Below, piece by piece: positions 23,401 to 35,400 of a stretch of 50,742 bases of DNA. Under the pieces are notes generated by a model. The model did not search any database, was not told the origin of the DNA, and was given only the letters and a program-made list of their open reading frames with translations. A program made the translations under genes and the position numbers. The DNA is from Macrostomum lignano (lineage: Eukaryota): assembly GCA_002269645.1 (NCBI GenBank), contig NIVC01004318.1:1-50742 (forward strand). Reading direction: 5' to 3'. The first letter of the stretch is position 1; every line of letters starts with the position of its first letter.

Positions 23401-26400
23401 CGACAGGCGGCCTGGGGAGCGGCGGGAATGTCAGGAGAGTGCAGGGATGTCAGAAGAATGTCAGGAGAATGTCAGCGTGGATGTCAGGAGAATGTCAGCA
23501 GTGATGTCAGGAGAATGTCAGCAGTGATGTCAGGAGAATGTCAGCGTGGATGTCAGGAGAATGTCAGCAGTGATGTCAGGAGAATGTCAGCGTGGATGTC
23601 AGGAGAATGTCAGCAGTGATGTCAGGAGAATGTCAGCAGTGATGTCAGGAGAATGTCAGCAGTGACGTCAGGAGAATGTCAACAGTGATGTCAGGAGAAT
23701 GTCAGCAGTGATGTCAGGAGAATGTCAGCAGTGATGTCAGGAGAATGTCAGCAGTGATGTCAGGAGAGTGTCAGCAGTGATGTCAGGAGAATGTCAGCAG
23801 TGATGTCAGGAGTGATGTCAGGAGTGATGTCAGGATACTGTGTACAGAGCACCGTGCTCACCAACCTGAGCAAGCCGGCAGTCCCTGTCATCAGCCTGAC
23901 ACACCAGCCCGTCACCAGAGTAGCCAGAGGCGCAGATGCACTTGTTGATCAGGCACTCGGCGTTGACGTCGCACAAATTCGGGCCGCAGACAGCCCGGCA
24001 GGCGCCAGCGCCGGACTCAACGTAGCCAGGAAGGCAGCGACATTGAGCCTGACCAACCGGGCCTTCCACGACGCACTGGGAGCCGGGCCCGCAGGTCAGG
24101 TCGCGACAGGTTCTTAACCTGGTCACGTTGCCAACCAATCTGGTGAAGTGAAAGCCTTCGGGCATGTCCAGCTGATTGTAATCCCGTTCAAGTAGCAGTT
24201 TACCAACCCTAGTCTCAACTTGACAGCTCGGCGAAAGGTCCCAGGTGTCCGTGAAATCGATTCGGAGCGTTGGCAACGACTTGGTGAAGTCAATTGGAAT
24301 CGGTGTTACTGTGAAGTTGGTGGGCGGACGCGACTCCAGAGTGAGCCAGTTGCGCTGCACTCTGGTGAACTCGTACTGGGTTGCCCTCTGGTCCTGATTT
24401 AAGAGAGCCACTGCGAGGCCGCTTGAAAGCGCATCGCTGATGGAGTCAATCTGCGTGATGGAGCATCATGTTGGGAGTTTTCTCTCGCTAACTGACTACT
24501 GGCAATCGGCTATGCGAGTAGTGTGAATAAAGTTTTCAATGAAGTTAAGCTAAGTTATTGGGTAATCTGGATGCCATCTTGACATCGGCCCAGCAACTGA
24601 GGATTTGGGAGGCTGGTGGCCCAGCAGCTGAGGATCTGGGCGGCTGGCACAGAAACTGAGGATCTGGGAGGCTGGCCCAGCAACTGAGGATCTGGGAGGC
24701 TGGTGGTCCAGCAACTGAGGATCTGGGAGGCTGGTGGTCCAGCAACTGAGGATCTGGGAGGCTGGCCTAGCAACTGAGGATCTGGGAGGCTGGTAGTCCA
24801 GCAACTGAGGATGTGGGAGGCTGGCCCAGCAACTAAAGATCTGGGAGGACTCAAACAACACGTTTAACTTAGGTAAAAGTCACGCTGCCTATTTACAGAA
24901 TAATTCACTAAACTCACCTTAATTGTGGTGTTGGTAGCCTTGAACAGCACCTGATTCCAGATGGTCTGCTCAATAGTCCAAGAAGCGTATGTGGTTGTCT
25001 TCCTTTCGTCCATAGCCGTTAGCTGCATCCTGCGCCTGATGACGTTGCTAAGCGCGAACAGATTCTGGATAGAATCGCTTTTAGAAGCAGCAGTAAGCAA
25101 AGCTATGTTGGCCAAAACTGGCTCAGACAGTTTAATCAGAGCTGTCAGCTGCCTCTGAGTCGGACTGGGCGATGAGGAATCCATTGGTCGAAAGAAAATG
25201 TCAAGATTGCCTTGAACGAAGGTGGCGTTGCCTTCGACGTTGGAGTTGGCGGAGCTATCGGAGGGCAGGCTCGGAAAGAACACGGGCAGCGGAGTTCCCG
25301 TGTCCGCGCACTCGTACCCGTTGCCAAGGTAACTGTTTAAGCCCTGGCGGAGGGAGTCAATGGATTAGGTCAGAGGATTATTTTCTTGAGAACTTTTAAC
25401 TGTAGATTATTGTGTATTATCTAATGTAGCCTCATCTGAGACTGTGGATTATCTGATGTAGCTTAATCTGAGACTGAGGATTATCTGATGTAGCCTCATC
25501 TGAAACTGTGGATTATCTGATGTAGCCTCATCTGAGACTGTAGATTATCTGATGTAGCCTCGTCTGAGACTGTGGATTATCTGATGTAGCCTCATCTGAG
25601 ACTGTGGATTATCTGATGTAGCTTAATCTGAGACTGAGGATTATCTGATGTAGCCTCGTCTGAGACTGTGGATTATCTGATGTAGCCTCATCTGAGACTG
25701 TGGATTATCTGCATCTGAGACTGAGGATTATCTGATGTAGCCTCATCTGAGACTGTGGATTATCTGATGTAGCCTCATCTGAGACTGTGGATATCTGATG
25801 TAGCCTCATCTGAGACTGTGGATTATCTGATGTAGCCTCGTCTGAGACTGTGGATTATCTGATGTAGCCTTATCTGAGACTGTGGATTATCTGCATCTGA
25901 GACTGAGGATTATCTGATGTAGCCTCATCTGAGACTGTGGATTATCTGCATCTGAGACTGAGGATTATCTGATGTAGCCTCATCTGAGACTGAGGATTAT
26001 CTGATGTAGCCTCCTCTGAGGCTGGATTATCTAAGGTGTCAGGGGCTTAACGACAGTTAGAAAATTAACCTTCACCTGACACCTGCAGCACTTAGCGAAC
26101 CCGTCAATAACTCTCATAGTCTCGGATGCGATGTTCAAGCACTTGGCCCGACTGTCGCACAGGCTGCACGGACAGCCCAGCAGTCTGTCAGACAGAAAGC
26201 CCTGAGTCTGGGCGGTCATGTCGAGAATGCGACGCAAGGATTGGTCGACATTGGCGGAGGCCACTCCGGTGGGGTGGGAGAGGCGGAATGCCCAGCTGCC
26301 TGGAGGGAGTGAAGGTGCAGGGTGCGCTTTTAAACAGTCTGTATAATTGGCTAGATTAGCAATCCATATTCTGTTCCTATTAATCACCTGTGATTGCCTA

Positions 26401-28374
26401 GATTAGCAATCCATATTCTGTTCCTATAAATCATCTGTGATTGGCTAGATTAGCCATCCATATTCTATTCCTATTAATCACCTGTGACTGGCTAGATTAG
26501 CAATCCATATTCTATTCCTAATAATCACCTGTGATTGGCCAGATTAGCTGTCTATATTCTATTCCTATTAATCAACCGTGATTGGCTAGATTAGCAATCC
26601 ATATTCTATTCCTAATAATCACCCGTGATTGGCCAGATTAGCTGTCTATGGCATCTCACCTGACTCAGCCATGTTGGACTCCTCAGTAAACCTGGGCGGC
26701 AGAGCCAAGGACCCCGAGCTTCCTGCTCCTACATCGTAGAATCCCGCAGCATGCAGATCAGAAGCCGGCACGCCGCCGTAGGTGACAAAGGCCACAGTGT
26801 CAACCCCGCTATTGACGAACACGATCTCAGCCAGACTGCCAACAGCTTGTCCAGCTGGCCGACGAAATGTCACGGCGGTGATTGACTGCGGCGAGAAGTA
26901 GCCGGTGTCCGAGTAGGTGAACACCTGATTGGCCGTGTCTTTGAACAGGTTGGCAAATTTTCTGTCAACACAATTGGCTGTCGCGCTAATTCTGATTGAA
27001 CGAACAAAGAAGTCCACCTTGTTCTGGCTGCGATCGCGAAACTCGTTGAGTACCTGAAGAGGTGAGCTCGGGTAGTTCAGTAAAATAGACGATACCGTCG
27101 ACTACATGTAATCAGGCGCTAAATATTAACCAGAATGGCGCCCAATTTGATAAGAATGGCGCCAAATTTGATTAGACAGGCGCCCAGTTTGATTAGGATG
27201 GCGCCCAATTAGATAAGAATGGCGCACAAGTTGATTGGAATGGCGCTAAATTCGACTAATATGGCGCCCATTTTGATTAGAATGGCGCTCAATTGAATTA
27301 GAATGGCGCCTAATTCAATTAGAATGGCGCCCAATTCAATTAGAATGGCGCCGAATTCAATTAAAATGGTGCCCAATTAAATTAGAATTGCGTCCAATTT
27401 AATTAGAATGGCGTCCAATTCAATTAGAATGGCGTCCAATTTGATTAGAATGGCGCCCAATTTGATTAGAATGGCGTCCAATTCAATTAGAATGGCGCCC
27501 AATTTGATTAGAATGGCGCCCAATTCAATTAGAATGGCACCCAATTAAAAAATGGCACCTAATTTTATGGAATGGCGCTCAGAATGATTAGAATAGCGCC
27601 CAATTCAATTAGAATGGCGCCCAATTCAACTAGAATGGCGCCTAATTCACTTAGAATGGCGTCCAGTTCAATTAGAATAGCGCCCAATTCAATTAGAATG
27701 GCGCCCAATTCAATCACAATAGCGCCCAATTCAATCAGAATAGCGCCCAATTCAATCAGAATAGCGCCCAATTCAATTAGAATGGCGCCCAATTCAATTA
27801 GAATGGCGCCGAATTCAATTAAAATGGTGCCCAATTCAATTAGAATGGCGTCCAATTCAATTAGAATGGCGTCCAGTTCAATTAGAATGGCGCCCAATTC
27901 AATTAGAATGGCGCCTAATTCAATTAGAATGGCGCCCAATTCAATTAGAATGGCGCCCAATTCAATTAGAATGGCGCCCAAATTCAATTAGAATGGCGCC
28001 CAATTCAATTAGAATAGCGCCCAATTCAATTAGAAACCAACCTTGACATAGGGCTTCGGGTACAACGCTTCAATATCCGGCGGCACATTTGGATTCCTGA
28101 AGAACACAAAGCCGGGTATCTGCTTGTGCAGAAACATCTCATGATAGGCCGTCCGAGTCGCCCCGAAAATCACCGGATGTGGCAGGGCAATCCGACGAAT
28201 CGTTGAGTCAACAAAGTTGACCTCGGCTCCGCCCGGATACCGAACCAGCGGATTAGTGAAGAACTTGTGAATTGGCTGGCCGTAGCGCTGGCTAACGGAT
28301 GGCTGGTAGAGACAGGCCAGCAAAAGCAGCACAGTTGCTGGCCAAAATGGCTGCGAAGCCTTCGCAGAAGACAT
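15020..28374 (-). CDS. NID: Nidogen/entactin-like basement-membrane protein (~1688 aa): signal, NIDO(G1), EGF, G2F, EGF x9, Ig, EGF x5, LY/YWTD propeller (G3), EGF
   Basis: Thirteen exons with GT-AG introns join with no frameshift: 28374-28042, 27101-26660, 26299-26076, 25343-24918, 24450-23866, 23411-23213, 22323-22043, 21087-20704, 19891-19838, 18360-17872, 16843-16664, 16572-15785, 15701-15020 (sum 5067 nt). Motifs: NIDO end AGFYDVG..LP..EESNM..SGSWAFRL; LY repeats VEGLAVDWQTDNVYYT, PRGIAVDPFLGKIYYADW and PFGMAY..FYWTNW; many EGF cysteine patterns. Confidence 0.9.
17131..17628. mobile_element. hAT (Charlie/MER3-like) MITE carrying an expanded GA-rich microsatellite (~17195-17555), in nidogen intron 10
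   Basis: Left end caggtgtcggcaaaaatttttac...aagggtcagatt and right end gggccggattttcctgatccttg form a degenerate TIR. Flanks ccctaggg and cctagggc are a near-8-bp CTAG-centred TSD. Confidence 0.5.
18409..19832. repeat. 29-nt minisatellite (caccttgccttaccaacaatcaccaaggt)n filling nidogen intron 9
   Basis: About 49 tandem units. The array abuts the donor at 19837. Confidence 0.97.
20037..20625. repeat. ~23-25-nt minisatellite (ctctcaaatgaaatggcgccc(ct)n) in nidogen intron 8
   Basis: Tandem units with variable CT count. Confidence 0.95.
21133..21400. mobile_element. Hairpin/MITE-like element in nidogen intron 7
   Basis: Arms 21133-21188 and 21343-21400 are ~57-nt imperfect inverted repeats (ggtgcacaaagaggcactttagtgg... 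/ ...ccactaaaatgcctcttttgtgcacc). Related gtgcac-rich fragments extend to ~21825. Confidence 0.6.
22378..23197. repeat. 25-nt minisatellite (gagcttaaaccccaggtgtgtctt[ag])n filling nidogen intron 6
   Basis: About 32 tandem units. Confidence 0.97.
23425..23835. repeat. 23-nt minisatellite (gtcaggagaatgtcagcagtgat)n filling nidogen intron 5
   Basis: Tandem units running almost from acceptor to donor. Confidence 0.97.
24583..24848. repeat. 28-31-nt minisatellite (ctgggaggctggcccagcaactgaggat)n, copy 1, in nidogen intron 4
   Basis: Same unit as at 39721-40237 and 50212-50467. Confidence 0.95.
25405..26032. repeat. 32-nt minisatellite (gattatctgatgtagcctcatctgagactgtg)n filling nidogen intron 3
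   Basis: About 19 tandem units, some truncated. Confidence 0.97.
26345..26650. repeat. ~47-nt minisatellite (gattggctagattagcaatccatattctattcctattaatcacctgt)n filling nidogen intron 2
   Basis: About 6.5 tandem units. Confidence 0.95.
27110..28032. repeat. 21-nt minisatellite (aattcaattagaatggcgccc)n filling nidogen intron 1
   Basis: About 43 units. The unit is a multiple of 3, which explains the spurious ORFs on both strands. Confidence 0.97.
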
Positions 28375-28714
28375 TGCGGTATAGCTGCTATGAGAGAGCC
28401 TTGTGTGGTGCGGAGTGGGAGGCTGTTGCTAAGGTTTTATAGACCCAAAATCTTCCACATCCCCCCCCCGAAAAAAAGATTTTCTATCCCCAAGAAGGAA
28501 TGCACACAGAGGTATCTGTACAGTTTAACCTCGAGCCACCAACCCACCAATACACACCCACCACAAACAAGGCAGTGATGGGTGCCCAGTTAGAAGATAA
28601 TCAATAATTAAGACTTCTGATCAGCCATGGAGTCCCAGACCGAGTCAGATGGATTTTACAGTCGCTACAGCTTAACAACCGAAAACAGACTTGGGTGTGG
28701 CGCTTAAATGATTT

Positions 28715-29592
28715 TACTTGTGGCGCTAAAATGAGTTCCGTTGAAGCACTAAAATGAGTTTCCTTGTGGCGCTAAAATGAGTTCCCTTATGGCGCTAAAA
28801 TGAGTTTCCCCTTGGGGCTAAAATGAGAGTTCCCTTGTGGCGCTAAAATGAGTTTCCTTGTGGCGCTAAAATGAGTTTCCTTGTGGCGATAAAATGAGCT
28901 CCCTTGTAGCACTAAAATGAGTTTCCTTGTGGCGATAAAATGAGCTCCCTTGTAGCACTAAAATGAGTTTCCTTGTGGCGATAAAATGAGCTCCCTTGTA
29001 GCACTAAAATGAGTTTCCTTGTGGCGATAAAATGAGCTCCCTTGTAGCACTAAAATGAGTTTCCTTGTGGCGATAAAATGAGCTCCCTTGTAGCACTAAA
29101 ATGAGTTTCCTTGTGGCGATAAAATGAGCTCCCTTGTAGCACTAAAATGAGTTTCCTTGTGGCGATAAAATGAGTTTCCTTGTGGCGCTAAAATGAGTTT
29201 CCTTGTGGCGCTAAAATGAATTTCCTTGTGGCGCTAAAATGAGTTCCCTTATGGCACTAAAATGAGTTTCCCCTTGGGGCTAAAATGAGCTTCCTTGTGG
29301 CGCTAAAATGAGAGTTCCCTTGTGGCGCTAAAATGAGAGTTCCCTTGTGGCGCTGAAATGAGTTTCCTTGTGGCGCTAAAATGAGAGTTCCCTTGTGGCG
29401 CTGAAATGAGTTTCCTTGTGGCGCTAAAATGAGAGTTCCCTCGTGGCGCTGAAATGAGTTTCCTTGTGGCGCTGAAATGAACTCCCTTGTGGCGCTAAAA
29501 TGAGAGCTTCCTTGTGGCGCTAAATGAGAGTTCCCTTGTGGCGCTAAAATGAGTTTCATGTGGCGCTAAAATAAGTTCCCAGTGGCGCTAAA
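28715..29592. repeat. 23-25-nt minisatellite (gtggcgctaaaatgagtttcctt)n upstream of nidogen
   Basis: Tandem units, with a 46-nt higher-order dimer at ~28880-29150. Confidence 0.96.
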
Positions 29593-30137
29593 TAAGGAGA
29601 ATGAAACTTATTTTTAAAGTGTATAGACAGGAAAACTGAACTCCGAATATTGTACACCATAGAAAAATCGCATGGACCTTTTATTAAGACATCTGGATTT
29701 GAAACCTACTAATAATTTTTTTCTCCAAGAAGTGGAACAAATTTAGAGAAACACGTCACTCTTAAAGAAAATTCCGCAATTCTGTTGCATTCTCCCATCT
29801 TATACCTAGAGGCCTTAATTAAGAGCCTAAAAAGCGGACCAAAAAGCGCACAATTTGGTTCTTACCTTGCTTAGTTCCTCGCGATTACTGAACGTATTTT
29901 AGGGGCAAACTCTCGAAATGGAATCTAGCTATATGGTAGCACTGACAAACTGCCTTATCAGCAAAATTGTGTACAAGATCGTGCAGTTTTAATACTAAAA
30001 CTTGTTCAAAAGGTCGCAGGAGGACCAGGGACGCTGAAAGTAAGAGATCTGGACTGGGTTGTCATTTCTTTTTAACTTTTTTCAGGGCCAATGAAAATCC
30101 TTCCAAACTACACATAAAATGGATTGTTTATAATAGT

Positions 30138-30887
30138 TGCTGAGATGCCAAGGCTCTATTATGGAATTCCTGAAATGCCAATGGGCTCGATGGGGGGGAT
30201 TTTTGAGATGCCAAGGCTCAATTATGGAATTGCTGAGATGCCAAGGCTCAATTAGGGAATTGCTGAGATGCCAATATAGGCTCATTTATGGAATTGCTGA
30301 AATTCCAATTGGCTCAATTAGGGAATTGCTGAAATGCCAATTGGCTCAATTATGGAATTGCTGAGATGCCAATTGGCTCAATTATGGAATTGCTGAGATG
30401 CCAATTGGCTCAATTATGGAATTGCTGAGATGCCAATTGGCTCAATTAGAGAATTGCTGAGATGCCAATTGGCTCAATTAGGGAATTGCTGAGATGCCAA
30501 TTGGCTAAATTAGGGAATTGCTGAGATGCCAATTGGCTCAATTAGGGAATTGCTGAGATGCCAATTGGCTAAATTAGGGAATTGCTGAGATGCCAATTGG
30601 CTCAATTAGGGAATTGCTGAGATGCCAATTGGCTCAATTAGGGAATTTCTGAGATGCCAATTGGCTCAATTAGGGAATTGCTGAGATGCCAATTGGCTCA
30701 ATTAGGGAATTGCTGAGATGCCAATTGGCTCAATTAGGGGATTGCTGAGATGCCAATTGGCTCAATTAGGGAATTGCTGAGATGCCAATTGGCTCAATTA
30801 GGGAATTGCTGAGATGCCAATTGGCTCAATTAGGGAATTGCTGAGATGCCAATCGGCTCAATGGGGGGAATCGCTGCTGAGATGCCA
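30138..30887. repeat. 32-nt minisatellite (ctgagatgccaattggctcaattagggaattg)n
   Basis: About 23 units, each containing the 8-bp palindrome ccaattgg. Confidence 0.96.
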
Positions 30888-31174
30888 ATTAATATTTTAA
30901 TAGCAAATAGCAAAATAGAGAATCTCAGGCTAGAACTCCAGATAACCTGTCTAGGTCTCCCCGTCTCACTCAGCGACCAGCAATTCTTATCTTCCATTTG
31001 CTGCTTTCGCATTTGCAAGTCACAGGTAGTCAATTATAATAGTTTTACCTATTATTCGACAAGTTGATAAATCTCTAACCAGCTAGCTGTGTCTGCCTAT
31101 CTATCTAGGCCTTGAAAAGTTGAGATAACATATACATAAATACATGCACATTCATTCATAGCTGATAATACAAA

Positions 31175-31212
<38 letters not shown>
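31175..31212. repeat. (CA)n microsatellite
   Basis: Seen directly. Confidence 0.95.
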
Positions 31213-31215
<3 letters not shown>

Positions 31216-31574
31216 TGTCTGCATGTGTTTAGTTTTTAAGAATTAATATACATTAGAAATTACTCAGTACTATATCAAACAAGGCAATTACAAATTACTT
31301 ATTAAGAAAAAATTATATAAAATTTGTCGCTTATATTTTGTTCTGCCATCAAAATGCAGACGAAAGAAAACAAAATATGAACGCACAGCTGTTAATAGTT
31401 TTACGTGGAATTAGATAGCAAAAATTATATTATAAAAATAATTACACAGATATCAGTCGATTACCAGCGACTCACTTTATTAAGACAGATAATTTATTTT
31501 TTACTGTAGAAGTAGATGGCTAGCATCCGATTACAGATGGTACTGAAAGTTTAAAAATATATAGAATTATATCT

Positions 31575-32333
31575 TGGAGACACTGGTGAGATGTAGAGGG
31601 AGACTGGGGTAAGATGTAGAGGGAGACTGGGGTAAGATGTAGAGGCAGACAGGGGTGAGAGGGAGACAGGTGTAAGAGGGAGACAGGTGTAAGAGGGAGA
31701 CAGGGGTGAGAGAGAGACAGAAGTGAGAGGGAGACAGGGGTGAGAGGGAGACAGAGGTGAGAGGCAGACAGGGGTGAGAGAGAGACAGGTGTAAGAGGGA
31801 GACAGGGGTGAGAGAGAGACAGAAGTGAGAGGGAGACAGGGGTGAGAGGCAGACAGAGGTGAGAGGCAGACAGGGGTGAGAGAGAGACAGGTGTAAGAGG
31901 GAGACAGGGGTGAGAGGGAGACAGAGGTGAGAGGCAGACAGGGGTGAGAGGGAGACAGAGGTGAGAGGGAGATAGGGGTTAGAGGGAGACAGAGGTGAGA
32001 GGGAGACAGGGGTGAGAGAGAGACAGAAGTGAGAGGTAGACAGGGGTGAGAGGGAGACAGAGGTGAGAGGGAGATAGGGGTTAGAGGGAGACAGAGGTGA
32101 GAGGGAGACAGGGGTGAGAGGGAGACAGGGGTGAGAGAGAGACAGAAGCGAGAGGTAGACAGGGGTGAGAGGGAGACAGAGGTGAGAGGTAGACAGGGGT
32201 GAGAGGGAGACAGAGGTGAGAGGGAGACAGAGGTGAGAGGGAGATAGGGGTTAGAGGGAGACAGAGGTGAGAGGGAGACAGGGGTGAGAGGGAGACAGAG
32301 GTGAGAGGGAGACAGAAGTGAGAGGGAGACAGG
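31575..32333. repeat. 17-nt GA-rich minisatellite (gagagggagacag[ag]ggt)n downstream of TUBGCP4
   Basis: Tandem units. Confidence 0.95.
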
Positions 32334-32446
32334 TCATCACAAGCACAGATAGGCATAACTATGAGGATAAAAAATAGCACCCAGCAAGATCAGCAGCAAC
32401 GGGAAAGTGAATAATAGCATATCAAGACAGTCCCAATTGCTACTAT

Positions 32447-35400
32447 CTAGGTGGCATCAGTCTGCCTCAGATGGGGCGGCAGCGGTATCAAAGCGGCCGG
32501 CTTAGCGGTAGAGAAGAAGCGATTAAAATCCAATCTCAGCAACAGCTGATTCAGATAGGTAGTAGACTGAGCCTGCAGCCCGGTTAGCATGCCCAACAGG
32601 TGCCAGGTTTGCCGGTGAAAATCCTGACCCAGAGCCGTCATACGCTGCAGCAGGGAGTCTAAATCGACCCTCTGACTGTCCAAAGAGTTACGCAACAGGC
32701 CGGCGAATTCCAGGCAGCTGTGCAGCAGCTGGGTGACGCAGGCTCTCACTGGCCGGTTATGTAGGAAAGACTGGGCTGTGAGGGCGGTGACGAACTGGTC
32801 GTGCGATACCTGGGGAGATTTTTTTGGAGGGCACAGGGAGGGGAAAATCGGATTTTTCGTCTTATAATGTATATAGCTATTGCTAGAGTGAGACTGCTAG
32901 GATGAGACTAGATGAGATTGCCAGAGAGACTGCTAGGATGAGACTAGATGAGATTGCTAGAGAGACTGCTAGGATGAGACTAGATGAGATTGCTAGAGTG
33001 AGACTGCTACGATGAGACTAGATGAGATTGCTAGAGAGACTGCTAGGATGAGACTAGATGAGATTGCTAGAGAGACTGCTAGGATGAGACTAGATGAGAT
33101 TGCTAGAGAGACTGCTAGGATGAGACTAGATGGGATTGCTAGAGTGAGACTGCTAGGATGAGACTAGATGGGATTGCTAGAGTGAGACTGCTAGGATGAG
33201 ACTAGATGAGATTGCTAGAGTGAGACTGCTACGATGAGACTAGATGAGATTGCTCGAGAGAGAGATGAGAAGGGATTGCTAGAGTGAGACTAGATGAGCT
33301 TTCTAAGATGAGACTACATGAGATTGCTAGGATGAGACTAGATGAAATTGCTAGGATGGGACTAGATGAGACTGCTAGAGTGAGACTAGATGAGACTGCT
33401 AGAGTAAGACTAGATGAGACTGCTAGAGTGAGACTAGAGGAGATTGCTAGAGTGGGACTAGATGAAATTGCTAGGATTGGACTAGATGAGATCGGTAGAG
33501 TGAGACTAGATGAGATTGCTAGGATGGGACTAGATGAGACTGCTAGAGTGAGACTAGATGAGACTGCTAGAGTGAGACTAGATGAGACTGCTAGAGTGAG
33601 ACTAGATGAGCTTTCTAAGATGAGACTACATGAGATTACTAGGATGGGACTAGATGAGACTGCTAGGATGGGACTAGATGAGATTGCTAAAGTAAGACTA
33701 GATGAGATTGCTAGAGTGAGACTAGATGAGATTGCTAGAGTGAGACTAGATGAGATTGCTAGGATGGGACTAGATGAGACTGCTAGAGTGAGACTAGATG
33801 AGATTGCTAGGATGGGACTAGATGAGACTGCTAGAGTGAGACTAGATGAGACTGCTAGGATGAGACTAGATGAGATGAGAAAAACAATTGACCATTAAAA
33901 CAAACCTGCAATTGTTCCACATCTCGCTGAGTCCTAGCAGCGGTTATCAAAGCGTTAAACCGACTATCAATAACGTCTACCTGCAGATAGTAGACCAGAT
34001 TATCAACTGCATGCTGCATTCGACTGCGCTGTAGAAAATGCGGCTCCAACTTGCTCAAAGCGGCCGAGTTGACACGGGAATTGCGACAGCCCCGTTTGGC
34101 GATCATCTGGGCTGCCCAGGAGCGTTGCAGAGTGAGCTGGACTCGCTTCACGGTGAGTAGGAAGCGGAACACTTGGCAGTATCTGCGGGGTTTGGTTGGA
34201 GCGATTCTTAGGGCTGGTTTGGGGCGATTCTTAGTGCCGGTTTGGGGCCATTCTTAGTGCCGGTTTGGGGCCATTCTTAGTGCTGGTTTGGGGCGATTCT
34301 TAGAGCTGGTTTGGGGCGATTCTTAGAGTTAGTTTGGGGCGATTCTTAGTGCTGGTTTGGGGCGATTCTTTGTGCTGGTTTGGGGCGATTCTTAGTGCTG
34401 GTTTGGGGCGATTCTTTGTGCCGGTTTGGGGCGATTCTTAAGGCTGGTTTGGGGCGATTCTTAGAGCTGGTTTGGGGCGATTTTTAGGGCTGGTTTGGGG
34501 CGATTCTTAGTGCTGGTTTGGGGCGATTCTTAGGACTGGTTTGGGGAGATTCTTAGGACTGGTTTGGGGCGATTCTTAGGGCTGGTTTGGGGCAATTCTT
34601 TGTGCTGGTTTGGGGCGATTCTTTGTGCTGGTTTGGGGCGATTCTTAGTGCTGGTTTGGGGCGATTCTTTGTGCCGGTTTGGGGCGATTCTTAAGGCTGG
34701 TTTGGGGCGATTCTTAGAGCTGGTTTGGGGCGATTTTTAGGGCTGGTTTGGGGCGATTCTTAGTGCTGGTTTGGGGCGATTCTTAGGACTGGTTTGGGGC
34801 GATTCTTAGGACTGGTTTGGGGCCATTCTTAGTGCTGGTTTGGGGCGATTCTTAGGACTGGTTTGGGGCGATTCTTAGGGCTGGTTTGGGGCAATTCTTT
34901 GTGCTGGTTTGGGGCGATTCTTTGTGCTGGTTTGGGGCGATTCTTAGTGCTGGTTTGGGGCGATTCTTTGTGCCGGTTTGGGGCGATTCTTAGGGCTGGT
35001 TTGGGGCGATTCTTAGGACTGGTTTGGGGCGATTCTTAGGACTGGTTTGGGGCGATTCTTAGGGCTGGTTTGGGGCGATTCTTAGGACTGGTTTGGGGCG
35101 ATTCTTAGGGCTGGTTTGGGGCAATTCTTTGTGCTGGTTTGGGGCGATTCTTTGTGCTGGTTTGGGGCCATTCTTAGTGCTGGTTTGGGGCGATTCTTAG
35201 AGCTGGTTTGGGGCGATTCTTAGAGTTAGTTTGGGGCGATTCTTAGTGCTGGTTTGGGGCGATTCTTTGTGCTGGTTTGGGGCGATTCTTAGTGCTGGTT
35301 TGGGGCGATTCTTTGTGCCGGTTTGGGGCGATTCTTAAGGCTGGTTTGGGGCGATTCTTAGTGCTGGTTTGGGGCGATTCTTTGTGCCGGTTTGGGGCGA

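Noticed and set aside
27565-27991. Repeat-protein ORFs (IELGAIL / MAPNSIR); likewise RLDETAR at 33284-33898 and PPRSSVAG ORFs
   Set aside because: They are translations of intronic minisatellites, and the host exons splice in frame around them.
29614-29765. Possible TTAA-flanked (Kolobok/piggyBac-type) MITE
   Set aside because: Only about 4 bp of terminal complementarity and no second copy in the window.
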